Below are positions 26,250 to 38,409 of a stretch of 64,000 nucleotides of DNA, in pieces. The number at the start of each line of letters is the position of its first letter. Position 1 is the stretch's first letter. The DNA comes from Sphyrna mokarran (taxonomy: Eukaryota). The notes under the pieces were generated by a model. That model was not told the DNA's origin, ran no database searches, and was given only the letters and a program-made list of their open reading frames with translations. Both the position numbers and the translations under genes were made by a program. Where the stretch lies: the NCBI GenBank assembly GCA_024679065.1, contig JAGIQG010000014.1, positions 27,528,001 to 27,592,000 of the forward strand. The letters are read 5' to 3'.

Positions 26250-26478
26250 GGTGTAGAGATGCCGGCGTTGGACTGGGGTCAACTCAGTAAAGTTTTGCAA
26301 CACCAATTTTAAATCCAATCAATTTATTTGATAGTAAATCCATGAGCTTTCAACACTATGTTCTGCAGATCAGAACACTGCATTTGCCTGATGAAGGCAC
26401 AACATAGTGTCGAAAGCTCATGGATTTACTATCAAATAAATTGGTTGGATTTAAAATTGGTGTTGCAAAACTTTACTG
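26250..26478 (-). mobile_element. Palindromic non-autonomous Penelope-derived element with 13-bp TSD
   Basis: 78-bp inverted arms 26285-26362 / 26401-26478 (2 mismatches). Minus-strand tail CCCCAGTCCAACGCCGGCATCTCTAC. TSD TCTCTACTCCTAA at 26237-26249 and 26479-26491. Confidence 0.85.
26384..26422 (+). ncRNA. Minimal type I hammerhead ribozyme core
   Basis: CTGATGA-A-GGCAC-AACATA-GTGTC-GAAA-GC-TC. Stem II pairs, stem III is the palindromic AGCT, stem I pairing is poor in this copy. Confidence 0.55.
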
Positions 26479-27367
26479 TCTCTACTCCTAACCCAGAGAA
26501 AGCAGTCAGATGTGGCTTTAATGCTCCGAACTTGAAAATTATAATTACCAGTCTAATATGACATTGAAAGTTTGAAGTTTTGGGACGCGACTGAATGCAT
26601 TCATACTGTAACTAGTGTTGTATATTCTATATATCAGATATATGCAAATACGCCATTAATTCCTATGAGTGAAGGAACTTTATTTATAGAAGTTTTATAC
26701 AATACTTTAAAATGTCTGCTCCATGCTTATAACTTTGTCTTCTAGCTCTTTTTACTTACCTTGATTCACACCCAGACTTGCCATTCAAACATTGTGAACA
26801 TCAACAACTAACAGACGGATATAATTAGACACAGAACAATTGAACACTATAATAAGTGCATCATCTGTATCATCCTCCTGCCACATCCAAAATGCTGAGT
26901 GCCCCACACATATTGTTATGATCCCTATATAGATCTCTAACTTTTCAAAAGAGATAATTACCAGATTTAAATGAATCACATGACAAGATGTCATGTTCTG
27001 TGACTACGACTATAACAAACAAACTAAAATCAACATTGCCTACGAACTAACGTTAATTCAATTAATGCTCCACATTCCATATACTCAATAGAACAATCCA
27101 AAGTTACTCCCGGTTCCAAAGAGATTCTCTCTCTCACTGCGTCCAGGGTTTCTGAATCAGAACAAGAGAGTGTGTAAGTCTAGACAATATCAATCCAGTT
27201 CCTTCTGTCTCAAGTATTTCATATGGCACCTGGGTTTCAATAGGACTTGACAAGGACACTGGTCCCAATGAATACAAGGTCTTGTCAGCTTATCACTGGA
27301 CAGAACTAATAGCAGGTCACATGATCCACTTTGCCTTGAATTATAAAGAATAATTTAAAACACAATG

Positions 27368-28380
27368 ACCAGAACTTTACCACCTTGCCCATCATAGGAA
27401 AAGAAGCAGACAAGGCGCGGTGGAGCATGGGAAGGTCTCTTGACCTTGGGCAGAATTTTACCATTTTGGGAAATGAGTTGGATTTTCTGCATTGTCAAGG
27501 ACCGGACAGGAAAATTTAGAGAGCTATTAAAAGTCAACACGTGTCCAAAGGGGGGTTTGGACCACTTGGGAACAGTGGGGGTCATTAGACCTCTGGTCAA
27601 ATTGGTCAGTAGGGAAGGCCAGACCTTAAGGGTGGAAAGGTTGGATCATCGGAAAGGGAAAACTGGGACCATAGGAAGATGGGGAGATGGGTCAAGCCAG
27701 GTTGGATCGAGTTGGGCCTGCCATGAGTGGAGGAGGGGTTTTCGACTTCAGGATGGGTGAAGGTGGGCAAATTAGAGGGGGTTCAGATCTCAGGGAATGA
27801 TGACAGTAGGTCAGAGCTCAGGAGTGGGTTCAGGGCGGGCCTGCAGAAGGGTTATCAGACCTTGCTGGGAATTTTGGGCAAAGTTGGGTTGGGTCGAGAT
27901 GTGTCTGTGGGTGTTGAAGTGGAGGGTGGGGGTGAGGAGGGGTAGGTTGAGTGTGGCCAGGCTTGCAGGATTGTGGGGAGAGAAGGTGTAGGACCTGGCT
28001 TCATGTGGGTTTGGAAGGCAGTGTCAGGCCGCATGGGATAAGTAGTCTCATGCAAGTGGGGCTCTCCCATAGTAGGTCAGGGATGTGAGGATTATTGTGG
28101 GGAGTGGTTAGTTGGGGTTGAGGGGTGTTCTCTGCAGGATTGGTCTGTGACTATACAATAGTTACCCAGAAGTCATAAGAGGTTTGAATTCTCCTAACTT
28201 TTTCTGGAATTAAAAGTTTGGAATTTAAATTGTATTTTTGGATTGTTCCCAATGCAGGGCAATTGCCCGGAGAAAGTTTGTGCTTCTGGGCAATTGTCAT
28301 GTGAATCCTTACATCTAAAGGGGATTCCAGAGCACATTTTTGGGTGAACTCCCAAATATAATGCTGGAGAAGTTACGGTC
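27368..28380. mobile_element. Putative non-autonomous DNA transposon
   Basis: Imperfect TIRs GACCAGAACTTTACC / GGAGAAGTTACGGTC around a G-rich interior. Confidence 0.35.
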
Positions 28381-28689
28381 TGATGTATTGTTTCTCTTTG
28401 ACGATAAGCATTGATCATTTGTTGGATCGACAGTATACTAACATTACTAATGTTGGCAGTAGTTATCTGGAAAGATCTCATGGGAAAGACATTTATGACA
28501 ATATTAAACTTCCCTGCCTCTTTCAGTGTCATTGCTCTAAGGCTTGGCTACAAGACCACCTGCAAAAGGTTGCAGAGTTTCCTGGACACCTACCTGAGAA
28601 GTGAAGCATGCAAACGCATATCTTCTCAATTCTGAGAGAAAGATCAATTAACTGTTAAGATGCCCTATTCCTCCTAAAATGCCAAGCTG

Positions 28690-28802
28690 ACTGCAAATGA
28701 CATAGAAATCTACATAAAAACAGATAATGTGAATAAAAGCAGCAGGTCTGGCAGCATCTGTGGAGAGAGAGAGACAGAGTAAAGCATTTGAGCCCTTTCA
28801 AA
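28690..28802 (-). repeat. Penelope pseudo-LTR fragment (same family as 22.3 kb)
   Basis: CAGCAGGTCTGGCAGCATCTGTGGAGAGAGA. Confidence 0.65.
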
Positions 28803-28850
28803 ATTTACTTCAAAGGTTTACAGTCTGACACTTTAAATTGTACAGCAATT

Positions 28851-29192
28851 GGGCAGCATGGTAGCACAGTGGTTAGCACTGCTGCTTCATAGCTCCAAGG
28901 TCCTGGGTTCAATTCCTGGCTCGGGTCTGTGTGGAGTTCGCACATTCTCCTTGTGCCTGCGTGGGTTTCCTCCATGTACTCCTGTTTCCTCCCACAGTCC
29001 AAAGATGTTCAGGTTAGGTTGATTGGCTATGCTAAGAAATTGTCCCTTAGTGTCCAAGGATGTGTAAGTTAGGGGGATTAGTGGGTATAATATGTGGGGA
29101 TATGATGGTAGGGCCTGGGTGGGATTGTGTTCAGTGCAGACTTGATGGGCTGAAGGGCCTCTTTCTGCACTGCAGGTTTCTATGATTCTATG
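28851..29192 (+). mobile_element. Full-length HE1-type V-SINE
   Basis: A-box TAGCACAGTGG, B-box GGTTCAATTCC, V-domain, CR1-derived 3' stem-loop GGGCTGAAGGGCC and (TTCTATGA)n tail. Confidence 0.92.
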
Positions 29193-29521
29193 AGCTGTTA
29201 AAATGCAATGCATGGCCTAGGAATTTATGGGGGTATGGCTTTTAACTTGCAATCAACCAAAATGGAGGAATCTATTTATTTAGATGCATATCTTTTACAG
29301 CACATTGAAGTACATCCTACCAAATCCATGGATGAAACCTGGGAACAGTGCAATTTAGATACTCAGAGGAAAAGCCACTGCTTATTTGCCATCTGTTGTG
29401 GCCTGAACTGGCATTCAGCTGAAAAACATTCTTGTCATCCCTGCACAAAAATCATTCAGTATTAACAGTATACCAGCACCAGAACGGATTGTTGGAAATG
29501 AAAAGTTGAGAGTGACACTAT

Positions 29522-30261
29522 GGGCCCGATTTTACCATTGCATTGAGCTAGTTTATGGGTGTGAAAACTTGGTAAAGTCGAGCAAGAAGTGAATAGCACG
29601 ATCCGCACTCACCTCTGCACAGATTCCCACGTTATCAAGACTCGGAAATGGCCGTGATTGGCACCGCATTCAAAATGGGTGCGATGTCAATTTAGATGCA
29701 TTTACATGCGTTTAAATTGATAATCAGCTGGATGCCCAAACTTATTGGTATTTCCCCCTTTACTATAGTGTTCGCCTGTCCAGGATCAATGCAAAACAGA
29801 CGTGCTCGACAAAGGTCTGTTTTGGGCACTCCATCTTCTGAAGAGATAAGTTCAGAGCTTCCAGTGGCTCTCTAACTCAGAGGTGGCGGACATGGGGACT
29901 GGGGGTGGAGGGCAAATCATTCTCTGATGGGGGGGTGATGGAGAGAATGGCCTGATGTATTTCTGGTGAGGTGGAAGGAGGACTAGATCATTCTCCGTTG
30001 GGTCACTTTATCTGCTTTTTGCAGCCCAGGAGTGATGTGACAGGGGAGCATTTTTCAAATTTTTTAGTGCACGTGTGCAGTTCAAGGTTCTGATCGGAAC
30101 AGCAGCATTTCGGGCGAGATAAGCCCCGCTCAAACGCAATTCAGATTTGTGACTTTTTTTTCAGGCTGAATGCATATGGGGGTGCCTGAGAATAGGCTTC
30201 CAATTCAGATCTGAATTACACCAGATTCAGCACTTTGAACCAGAAAGGTAAAAGCTTTCCC
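29522..30261. mobile_element. Putative Harbinger-type non-autonomous element
   Basis: TIRs GGGCCCGATTTTACC / GGTAAAAGCTTTCCC, flanked by TAT and CAT (3-bp TSD-like). Confidence 0.55.
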
Positions 30262-32009
30262 CATGGAGGGAATTTTACCAGTCTGACAGTCACAGCAATC
30301 ACTGCGAAAAGGGCGGACTATGTAAAGATCCATCTGGTTTTGGGGTGAGCGTGGCTGGAAAATACCACTCACTAACAAAACTCATCCTTCTGAATTTTTT
30401 GACCTTTACTGGTACTCTGGAGGGAAGCTGACACTGCAAATTTAAGGCATTGTCCCTTCTCTGGTAGCTAATAAGGCACCAATAGGTAACATAAAATGCC
30501 AAAGATTTTTCCTCTCAAGGAGCCCATTTTTATTCTTGGTGCCAATCTATTTGTGGAAAGAATATACAGGTGTATCATGTTATATTTCACATCTGTAGAC
30601 AGTCAAACATTTTGTATAGCAAAATCCATGTTCAGTAATGTACTTCCTTTTCCTGGGCCCCACATTGTAAATAAAGCATTCATTCATTCACTCATACTTT
30701 GCTATTCAGAGTTGATAACAATGTAGATACCTGTACAGTGGTTGACAAAGCTGAGAAAGCAAGGCTTTTATTTAGCTGCATGCACACATACACACAAAAG
30801 GCTGAAACGTGGCTTGTTTAAGATTGCTTATCGTTACTTCAGAATCACCTGATTGAAAGAAAAAAAAATTATAGAGAGTGATTTCCTGCATGTTGTGGTA
30901 GATTTGTTTTTTCTCCTTTCTATGCAGCATTATTAAAACTGGCTGCAGATGTATTGGAAAGTTGAATAGCATGTTTTGTTGAAGGAGGAAGGGACTAACA
31001 TAAGAAGTATTGACAGCAGTCAAAGCTCTTTTAATTGTGGAGGGTGCTGGTGGGGATATGGGAGAGATTATCAATATAGTACATGCAGTGGAATTGGGGG
31101 AATCAGTCAGCTATTGGACCATTGAGTAGCACCACTGAAAAATACTGAAGTGCCATTTCATTAGAAAACACGACGGTCACTTTTACTTTTCTATTTACTT
31201 TTCTTGATAGGTAGTATGGTTGACATGGAAGTTTCAATACATTTGTCTTCAGACGATACATTGGTAGGCACTTTTTCAATGATATGACAGCACATTTCAA
31301 TCATTTTGACTGGTTAAAAAGTGCAACAATGTATTGGCACATCACGTGAGTCATTATGAGCACAACATTTGGAGTGAAGCGGACACATACAGTTAAATAA
31401 GTTTGGAAGCAAAGAAAAAAATATGGCGGGCTTTGGCAATGTAGCAAGCATTCTGTTTGATCTTATTTATATTCTGACTGGGAGTCTTCTGTTCATGTCA
31501 TTTGCAATATACATTCTGTAATGTTGGGAGAGCTAAAATGTTTTGAGAATCTTAAGTACACAGCAAACACTGGGGTAACATTTAATGCCACAACTGCACC
31601 TAAGATTCCAGTGTGAGACTAAGCATTTTATTGGTTTAGTTGATAAACAATGTTCAAAGCATATTGATGATAATGTTTGAAGACTGGGATGGGTTACTGC
31701 ATTGTTGGGATGCAGCACATTGTAAATTGAACTTTTCTATTGACATAAGTGCTAGAAGAAATTGTATGTGCACAAGGACTGTAAGTTCCTTGGCTCAATT
31801 GCTTCTTTCTTCCTCAGTACAGTGCTTGAAATCTGCCAACATTGTGTGTTTTTGACAAGAAACCAGCAGAAATCTGGTGATGCTTGGGGAGCTTGCACTT
31901 TTTCCTGTTTTTGTGGGTTCAAAGGCCGGCCAGATTGTAGCTTGTTAGGAACTTTAAAAAAAACAATGGCTGTGACAATTTTTCCTTTTGCCATACACAT
32001 AACAACAAT

Positions 32010-33090
32010 CTGGGGGTTAGATTGATCAGAAATTGAACTGGACTGGCCATATGGCTAGTGTGACTACAAGAGCAGATCGGGGGCTAGGAATTGTGTGATG
32101 AGTAACTTACCTTATGACTCCCCAAACCTTATACACCATCTTCAAGGCACAAGATAGGAATGTGGTAGAATATTCTCCCCTTTCCTGGATAAGTGAAGCT
32201 CCAACAGTACTTGAGGCTTTGAGGCCATCCAGGATAAAGCAGCCCACTTGATTGACAACCATTCACATTTATTCCCACCACCACCGACCAACAGTGTGTA
32301 CCATCTATAGATGCACTGCAGGAACTCATCAAGGTTCCTTAGACAGCATCTTCCAAAGCCATGACCTCTGTAATGTTGGGGGCGCTAAAAACTTTTTCTG
32401 CAAATGCTTGTGACTTTTAAGGAGCATTTTGACAAATACATGAATAGGAAGGGGATAGAGTGATAAGGTCCCCGGAAGGGTTGGGGGCTTTAGCTTAGTC
32501 AGCAGCATTATTGATGTAGGCTTGGAGGACCAAAGGGCCTGTTCTTGTGCTGTAGTTTTCTTTGTTCTCTACTATCTAGGACAGGGACAGCAGATGCAGG
32601 AGAACCACCTGGAAGTTACCCTCTAAGCTGCATAGCATCCTGACCTTGAAAGATATCGCCAATCCTTCACTGACGTTATGTTAAAATCCTAGAACTCTCT
32701 CTTTAACACCTCTGTGGTGTCCCTACAGCATATGGACCGCAATAGTTCAAGAAAGCAGCTCACTACCTTTGGGGTGGCATAGTGACACAGTGGTCACTGT
32801 CTGTGCAAAGTCTGCACATCCTCTCCATGTTTGTGTGGGATTCTCCAGGGGCTCCAGTTTTCTCCCATAATCTGAAGACATGCTGGCTAAGTGCACTAGC
32901 CATGCTAAATTCTCCCTCAGTGTACTCAAACAGGTATTGAAATGTGGCGACTAGAGGATTTTCACAGTAACTTCATTGCAGCATTAATGTAAACCTACTT
33001 GTGACTCATAAATAAGCTTTAACTTTACCACCTTCTTAAGGGCAATTAGGGATGCTGATATAGTCAGAGACACCCACACCCCATGAATAA
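32010..33090 (+). mobile_element. CR1/L2-group LINE 3' fragment (Crack/Daphne-like), interrupted by a CR1 tail (~32400-32570) and a SINE
   Basis: KLNW..H...V..RA...LGI....T.L.TP..L.TI.KAQ.R.V.EYSP..W; 3' end AGTTCAAGAAAGCAGCTCAC...CTTCTTAAGGGCAATTAGGGATG. Confidence 0.65.
32771..33026 (+). mobile_element. V-SINE with non-CR1 tail (same family as 20055-20360)
   Basis: GGGGTGGCATAGTGACACAGTGG head and the shared tail. Flanked by ACTACCTT / ACCACCTT (imperfect TSD). Confidence 0.8.
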
Positions 33091-33499
33091 TTCTCTTTAA
33101 GAACAGTCACTTCAGTGCTACCCTTGCAGGTGTTTGAGTAGAAAGGGACAAACAGATGCAATGAAGAGATTTGGTTAGCACAGTTGGTTGAATGGCTGGT
33201 TTACAATGCCAACAGCGTTGGTTTATTTCTCTTAACCGATTAACGTTATTCATTCATGGAAATCATTGAATAGCTAAAGCACAAGAGTCCATCAGACTAT
33301 AAACCAGAGTCAGCACTCTGCAAGCAAAAACTTAAGTGGGTGGCATGGTGGTTAGCACTGCTACTTCAGGGCAAAGGACCCAGATCTGAAAGTGTACATT
33401 GGGGGATTCCTGCATTATTGGCAAAGAACATCCTTCTTAAATTCGTAAAATAAACCCTGATATGGCCAGATTTGAAGTGGTGGAATAAGGGAATCATTC

Positions 33500-36484
33500 A
33501 GGGGGCTTTAAACTGATTCGGGGGGGGGGGGTGGGATCCTAAGTAGTTGGGGTGCTAAGAGGGATGAGAGTAAGGGGGTCATAGAGGAAAGCTGTAAAAC
33601 ACAGCAGCATACGGGTGGGGTAGGGCATGGTTTGAAATGGTATACTTTAATGCAAGGAGTATTCGCAATAAGGGGGAGGATTTGCAGCTTGGACCAGTAC
33701 CTGGAACTTCGATGTTGTGGCCATTTCAGAGACTTGGGTAGAGCAGGGACAAGAATGGATGTTGCAGGTTCCGGGGTTCAAATGCTTTAGTCGGAGTAGA
33801 GAAGGAGGTAGAAGGGGGGGAGGAGTGGCATTATTAGTCAAAGACTGTATCACAGTGACAGAAAAGAAGTTTGATGAGGACTTGTCTGTTGAGGTAGTAT
33901 GGGCTGAGATTAGAAACAGGAAAGGAGAGGTCACCCTGTTGGGAGTCTTTTATAGACCTCCTAAAAGTTCTAGAGAGGTTGAGGAAAGGATTGCAAAGTC
34001 AATTCTGGTCAGGAGTGAAAGTAATAGGGTAATTGTTATGGGGGACTTTAACTTTACTAATATTGATTGGAATAGCTATAGCTCTAGCTCGTTAGAGGGG
34101 TCAGTTTTCGTACAAAGTGTGCAGGAAGGTTTTTTGACTCAGTATGTAGATAGGCCAACTAGAGGTGAGGCTACATTGGATTTGGTGCTGGGCAATGAGC
34201 CAGACCAGGTGTTAGGCTTGGAAGTTAGTGAACATTTTGGTGATAGTGACCACAATTCGGTTACGTTCACCTTAGTGATGGATAGGGATAGGCATGAAGC
34301 TGGGGGCAGTAGTTATAGCTGGGGGAAGGGTAATTATGAGGCCATCAGGAGAGAATTAGGGTGCATAGATTGGACTAGGAAACTACAGGGACTGGGAACA
34401 TCTGGAATGTGGAGCTTATTCAAGGAGCAGCTGCTGCGAGTCCTTGATAAGTATGTCCCTGTCAGGCAAGGAGGAAATGGTCGAGTGAGAACCTTGGTGT
34501 ACGAAAAAAGTTGATTTGCTGGTTAAAAGGAAAAAGGAGGCTTATGTCAGGATGAGGCTTGAAGGCTCGGTTAGTGCAATGGATAGCTATAGATTAGCCA
34601 GGAGGGAGCTAAAGAGTGAATTGAGGAGAGCTAAGAGAGGACACGAGAAGACTTTGGCTGATAGGATTAAGGAGAATCCTAAAGCTTTCTTTAGATATGT
34701 TAAGAATAGAAGATTGGTTAGGGCAAGATTAGGGCCAGTCATAGACAGCAGTGGGAAGTTGTGCGTGGAGCCTGAAGAGATTGGAGAGGCACTGAATAAA
34801 TATTTCTCTTCGGTATTCACGCAGGGTGATGTAAATGTAGTTATGGAGAACACTGAGGTACAGGGTAGCAACTGGAAGGACGAAGTAGATAGGGAGGATG
34901 TGCTAGATATTCTCGAGGGTTGAAGTTGGATAAGTCCCCTGGGCCGGACGGGATTTACCCTAGGATTCTCTGGGAGGCAAGAGAGGAGATTGCAGAGCCT
35001 CTGGCTCTGATCTTCAGGTCGTCGTTGGTTACGGGTGTGGTTCCGGAGGACTGGAGGATAGCGAATGTGGTCCCGTTGTTCAAGAAGGGGAAGAGAGACC
35101 TTCCAGGGAATTATAGGCCAGTGAGTCTTACTTCTGTGGTGGGCAAAGTGTTGGAGAGAATAATTAGGGATAGGATTTATAGTTATTTAGAGAGTAATGA
35201 ATTGATTGGAGATAGTCAGCATGGTTTTGTGAAGGGTAGGTCGTGCCTTACTAACCTCATTGAGTTTTTTGAAAAAGTGACTAAGGAGGTGGATGGGGGT
35301 AAGGCGGTTGATGTGGTATATATGGACTTTAGTAAGGCGTTTGATAAGGTGGCCCATGGAAGACTTCTGCAGAAAATGCAGATGTATGGGATAGAGGGTG
35401 ATTTAGCTAATTGGTTAGGAATTGGCTAGCAGATAGAAGACAGAGGGTGGTGGTTGATGGGAGATATTCATCTTGGAGTTCGGTGACAAGTGGTGTACCT
35501 CAGGGGTCTGTTTTGGGGCCCCTGCTGTTTGTAATTTTTATAAATGATCTGGATGAGGGTATTGAAGGATGGATTAGTAAATTTGCAGATGACACTAAAG
35601 TCGGTGGAGTGGTAGATAGTGAAGAGGGGTGTTATAGTTTGCAGAGGGACTTGGACAAGTTGCAGAGCTGGGCCGAGAGGTGGCAAATGGAGTTTAATGT
35701 GGAAAAGTGCGAGGTAATGCACTATGGCAGAAATAATAAATGTGTAGAGTATAGGGCAAATGGTAGGATTCTTAGTAGTCTAGATGAACAGAGGGATCTT
35801 GGTGTGTATGTGCATAGATCCCTGAAAGTAGGCAGTCAGGTCGAGAAGGTTGTTAGGAAGGCATATGGAGTCTTGGCTTTTATTGGTAGAGGGATTGAAT
35901 TTCGGAGCCGCAACGTCATGTTGCAACTGTACAAAACTCTAGTGCGGCCGCACTTGGAGTATTGTGTGCAGTTCTGGTCCCCACATTATAAGAAAGATGT
36001 GGAGGCATTGGAGAGGGTACAGAGGAGGTTTACCAGGATGTTGCCTGGTATGGAGGGCAGGTCTTATGAGGAGAGGCTGAGGGATTTGAGGTTGTTTTCG
36101 TTAGAAAGGAGGCGGCTAAGAGGGGACCTAATCGAAACATATAAGATGATTAGAGGTTTAGATAGGGTGGACAGTGATAGCCTTTTTCCTAGGATGGAGA
36201 AAGCTAGCACGAGGGGACACAGCTTTAAATTAAGGGGTGATAGTTATAGGACGGATATCAGAGGTAGGTTCTTTACCCAAAGGGTGGTTAGGGAGTGGAA
36301 TGCCCTGCCTGCGGCAGTTGTAGATGCGCCAAGTTTGGTGGCGTTTAAGAGGTTAGTTGATAAGTTTATGGAAGAGAAGGGAATGGTTTAGTTTGGAGGG
36401 GCATTGCTTTTTATATTGGTCGGCACAACATTGAAGGCCGAAGGGCCTGTTCTGTGCTGTAATGTTCTATGTTCTATGTTCTAT
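33500..36484 (+). mobile_element. Young CR1 (HER1-type) LINE, 5'-truncated at the ORF1 stop
   Basis: GGGGCTTTAAACTGA ORF1 end, complete APE and RT motif series, 3'UTR GGCCGAAGGGCC stem-loop and (GTTCTAT)3 tail at 36464-36484. Confidence 0.97.
33630..36391 (+). pseudogene. CR1 ORF2 (APE + RT) broken by frameshifts
   Basis: ORFs 33717..34514, 34516..34923, 34920..35429 and 35411..36391 contain GDFN, SDH, QHGF, DFSKAFD, GVPQGSVLGP, KFADD and LERRRLRGD. Confidence 0.93.
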
Positions 36485-38176
36485 TTCACCTCTCCTCACC
36501 TGGTCATAACAGAAATTTGGTGGAGAATATCTGGGAGAGATCCCACAGACAATGAATGAACAGAATAGGGAAAGTAAATTTTATCCAGAAATAATTTGTT
36601 TTTTTAAACAAACTAACTGCTGCAGGTTTTCTTTCATTTACAATACCAAAATGCAAAAACGTTCACTCTCTAAATCAGTGTTTTTCTAAAACAAATTGAA
36701 ATTGCTTTTTGTAAAGGCTCTATCCCTCAAAGTTGAAAAGTGAACCTAAGGAATTGGAGTTAGAGTTTTGCCCAAAAACCAAGAAACAGGAACTTTTAAA
36801 ACTTGTGGCCAAACAATTGATTTGGGAACGTGGAGGAATTGTAATATACAGCCTAGCTTTAATGGAATTACAGCTAGAAATGAAATGGCTCTATTCCCAA
36901 ACAAGACAGGAAAATCAGAGGGGAAAAAGAAAAAGAGGAAAGGTAAAAAGAAAGAGGGGAAAGAAAAAGAGAGATGTTACAGATAGGAGAACATAAATTT
37001 AAACAGCTCTGATTTCTCCTCTCACCAGCTGTCTGCAAATAAATAGGTGTTTTGATTTTTTTGATTTCCCACTTTAAAAGTGGCGATGTATTTCCCAAAC
37101 CTTTCAGTTTGGCAAAATCCAATCCTCTATTAATAACAGCGCCACAAATTTGAGATCAGATAAACTAAGAGGGTTTCTTATTTAATACGCACACAAATTG
37201 CAGAAAAGGGGTTTTGTCATGTCCATCCAATTTTACATTCGAACCATAAAAGAGGAACGAGGGAAAAAAAGAGGTACAGGACAGAACCACAATAAAATTT
37301 ACATTTATTGTCTGATGTGACTCCAGTGCCGAGAACCAAATGTCCAATGTCATATTCATTCAGAAGTTGGTAGGCTGACTTTTGCAGGTGATTATTTGTC
37401 TAGAAGCGAGGAATTCTATGATGGGAGATGACGTATAAATGAATTAGTCTTGAAAACACAAATGCAGAAGTTCAGCTGTTAGAGTAGTTCAGTGTAGATG
37501 AGGGCTAGGCAATTTACCTGGACAGAGCTCTCTCTGCTGCTATCTGTTTGGTATAATGGTAGACAAAGGCAGGTTGCTTGCCTGAAGTCCTGCTTCTCAA
37601 CTGAGGTTAAACAGTGACTGAAGATAAAATTTAAAAGCTGTATAATGAAAGGAATTAAGACAATTTAAATGTCACTCATGATAGGGTAATTTTGGATTAA
37701 TCTATTCAGTTAACAAGGCCCCTGGTTGAAACATATTGTGTTTTGCAGCTGGTAACAGAAGGGCCATTAACACAACATTGGAAATTAGCGGTGGGATTTT
37801 ATATCCTCATTCATTGCAAAATCACACCCGAGGTCAACAGACCTGCCTACTGCAATTCCTGTGGCAGGTGGGGCGGTAAAATTAGGAGTCATGAATACAT
37901 CTAACTTTGCCCAAAGTTGGCTGTGCAGATTTATCATCTTCTGTCCATCGCATTGGCTTGGCTGGAGTATTTATACATTGCAAGATGTGTTACGTTCCAG
38001 AGGGTTTGATATGTTAATCATAGTCCACTTTCAAACTGCTCAAAAGCTTCTAGAAACAGGTGTTTGTGATTATTACAGCTGTTTTATTAGCCCAGCAACT
38101 GTCCATTGTAAAATGTAATTTTATAAAGCAGCCAGGCTGATACATAGGGATAGATCACTGTGTCCATAAAACGCAG

Positions 38177-38409
38177 TAAGAATTTAGCAACACCAATTTT
38201 TAATCCAACCAATTTATTTGATAGTAAAATTGCGAGCTCTCAACACTCCGTGTCTTCCTCAGGCAAATGCAAATGGCATTTGCCTGAGGAAGACACAGAG
38301 TGTTGAAAGCTCGCAATTTTGCTATCAAATAAATCGGTTGGATTAAAAATTGGTGTTGCTAAATTCTTACTGAGTTCTTACCACCCCAATCCAACGCCGG
38401 CATCTTTAC
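38177..38409 (+). mobile_element. Palindromic non-autonomous Penelope-derived element with 14-bp TSD
   Basis: 97-bp inverted arms 38174-38270 / 38276-38372 (4 mismatches, 5-nt loop; the first 3 nt overlap the TSD). 37-nt tail ...CCCCAATCCAACGCCGGCATCTTTAC. TSD TCCATAAAACGCAG at 38163-38176 and 38410-38423. Confidence 0.9.
38280..38316 (+). ncRNA. Minimal type I hammerhead ribozyme
   Basis: TTGC-CTGAGGA-A-GACAC-AGA-GTGTT-GAAA-GC-TC-GCAA: stem I TTGC/GCAA, stem II GACAC/GTGTT, palindromic AGCT stem III. Predicted cut after C38312. The mirror copy on the minus strand has GAGA instead of GAAA. Confidence 0.7.

Noticed and set aside
26989-27371. Possible solo LTR (TGTCAT...ATGACCA or TGTGAC...GTCACA)
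   Set aside because: No matching TSD for either pair of ends.
28851-28925. tRNA-like sequence with A and B boxes (also 13290-13357, 20055-20125, 33338-33385, 40840-40908)
   Set aside because: These are SINE heads: no complete acceptor stem or poly-T terminator, and most run into SINE bodies.
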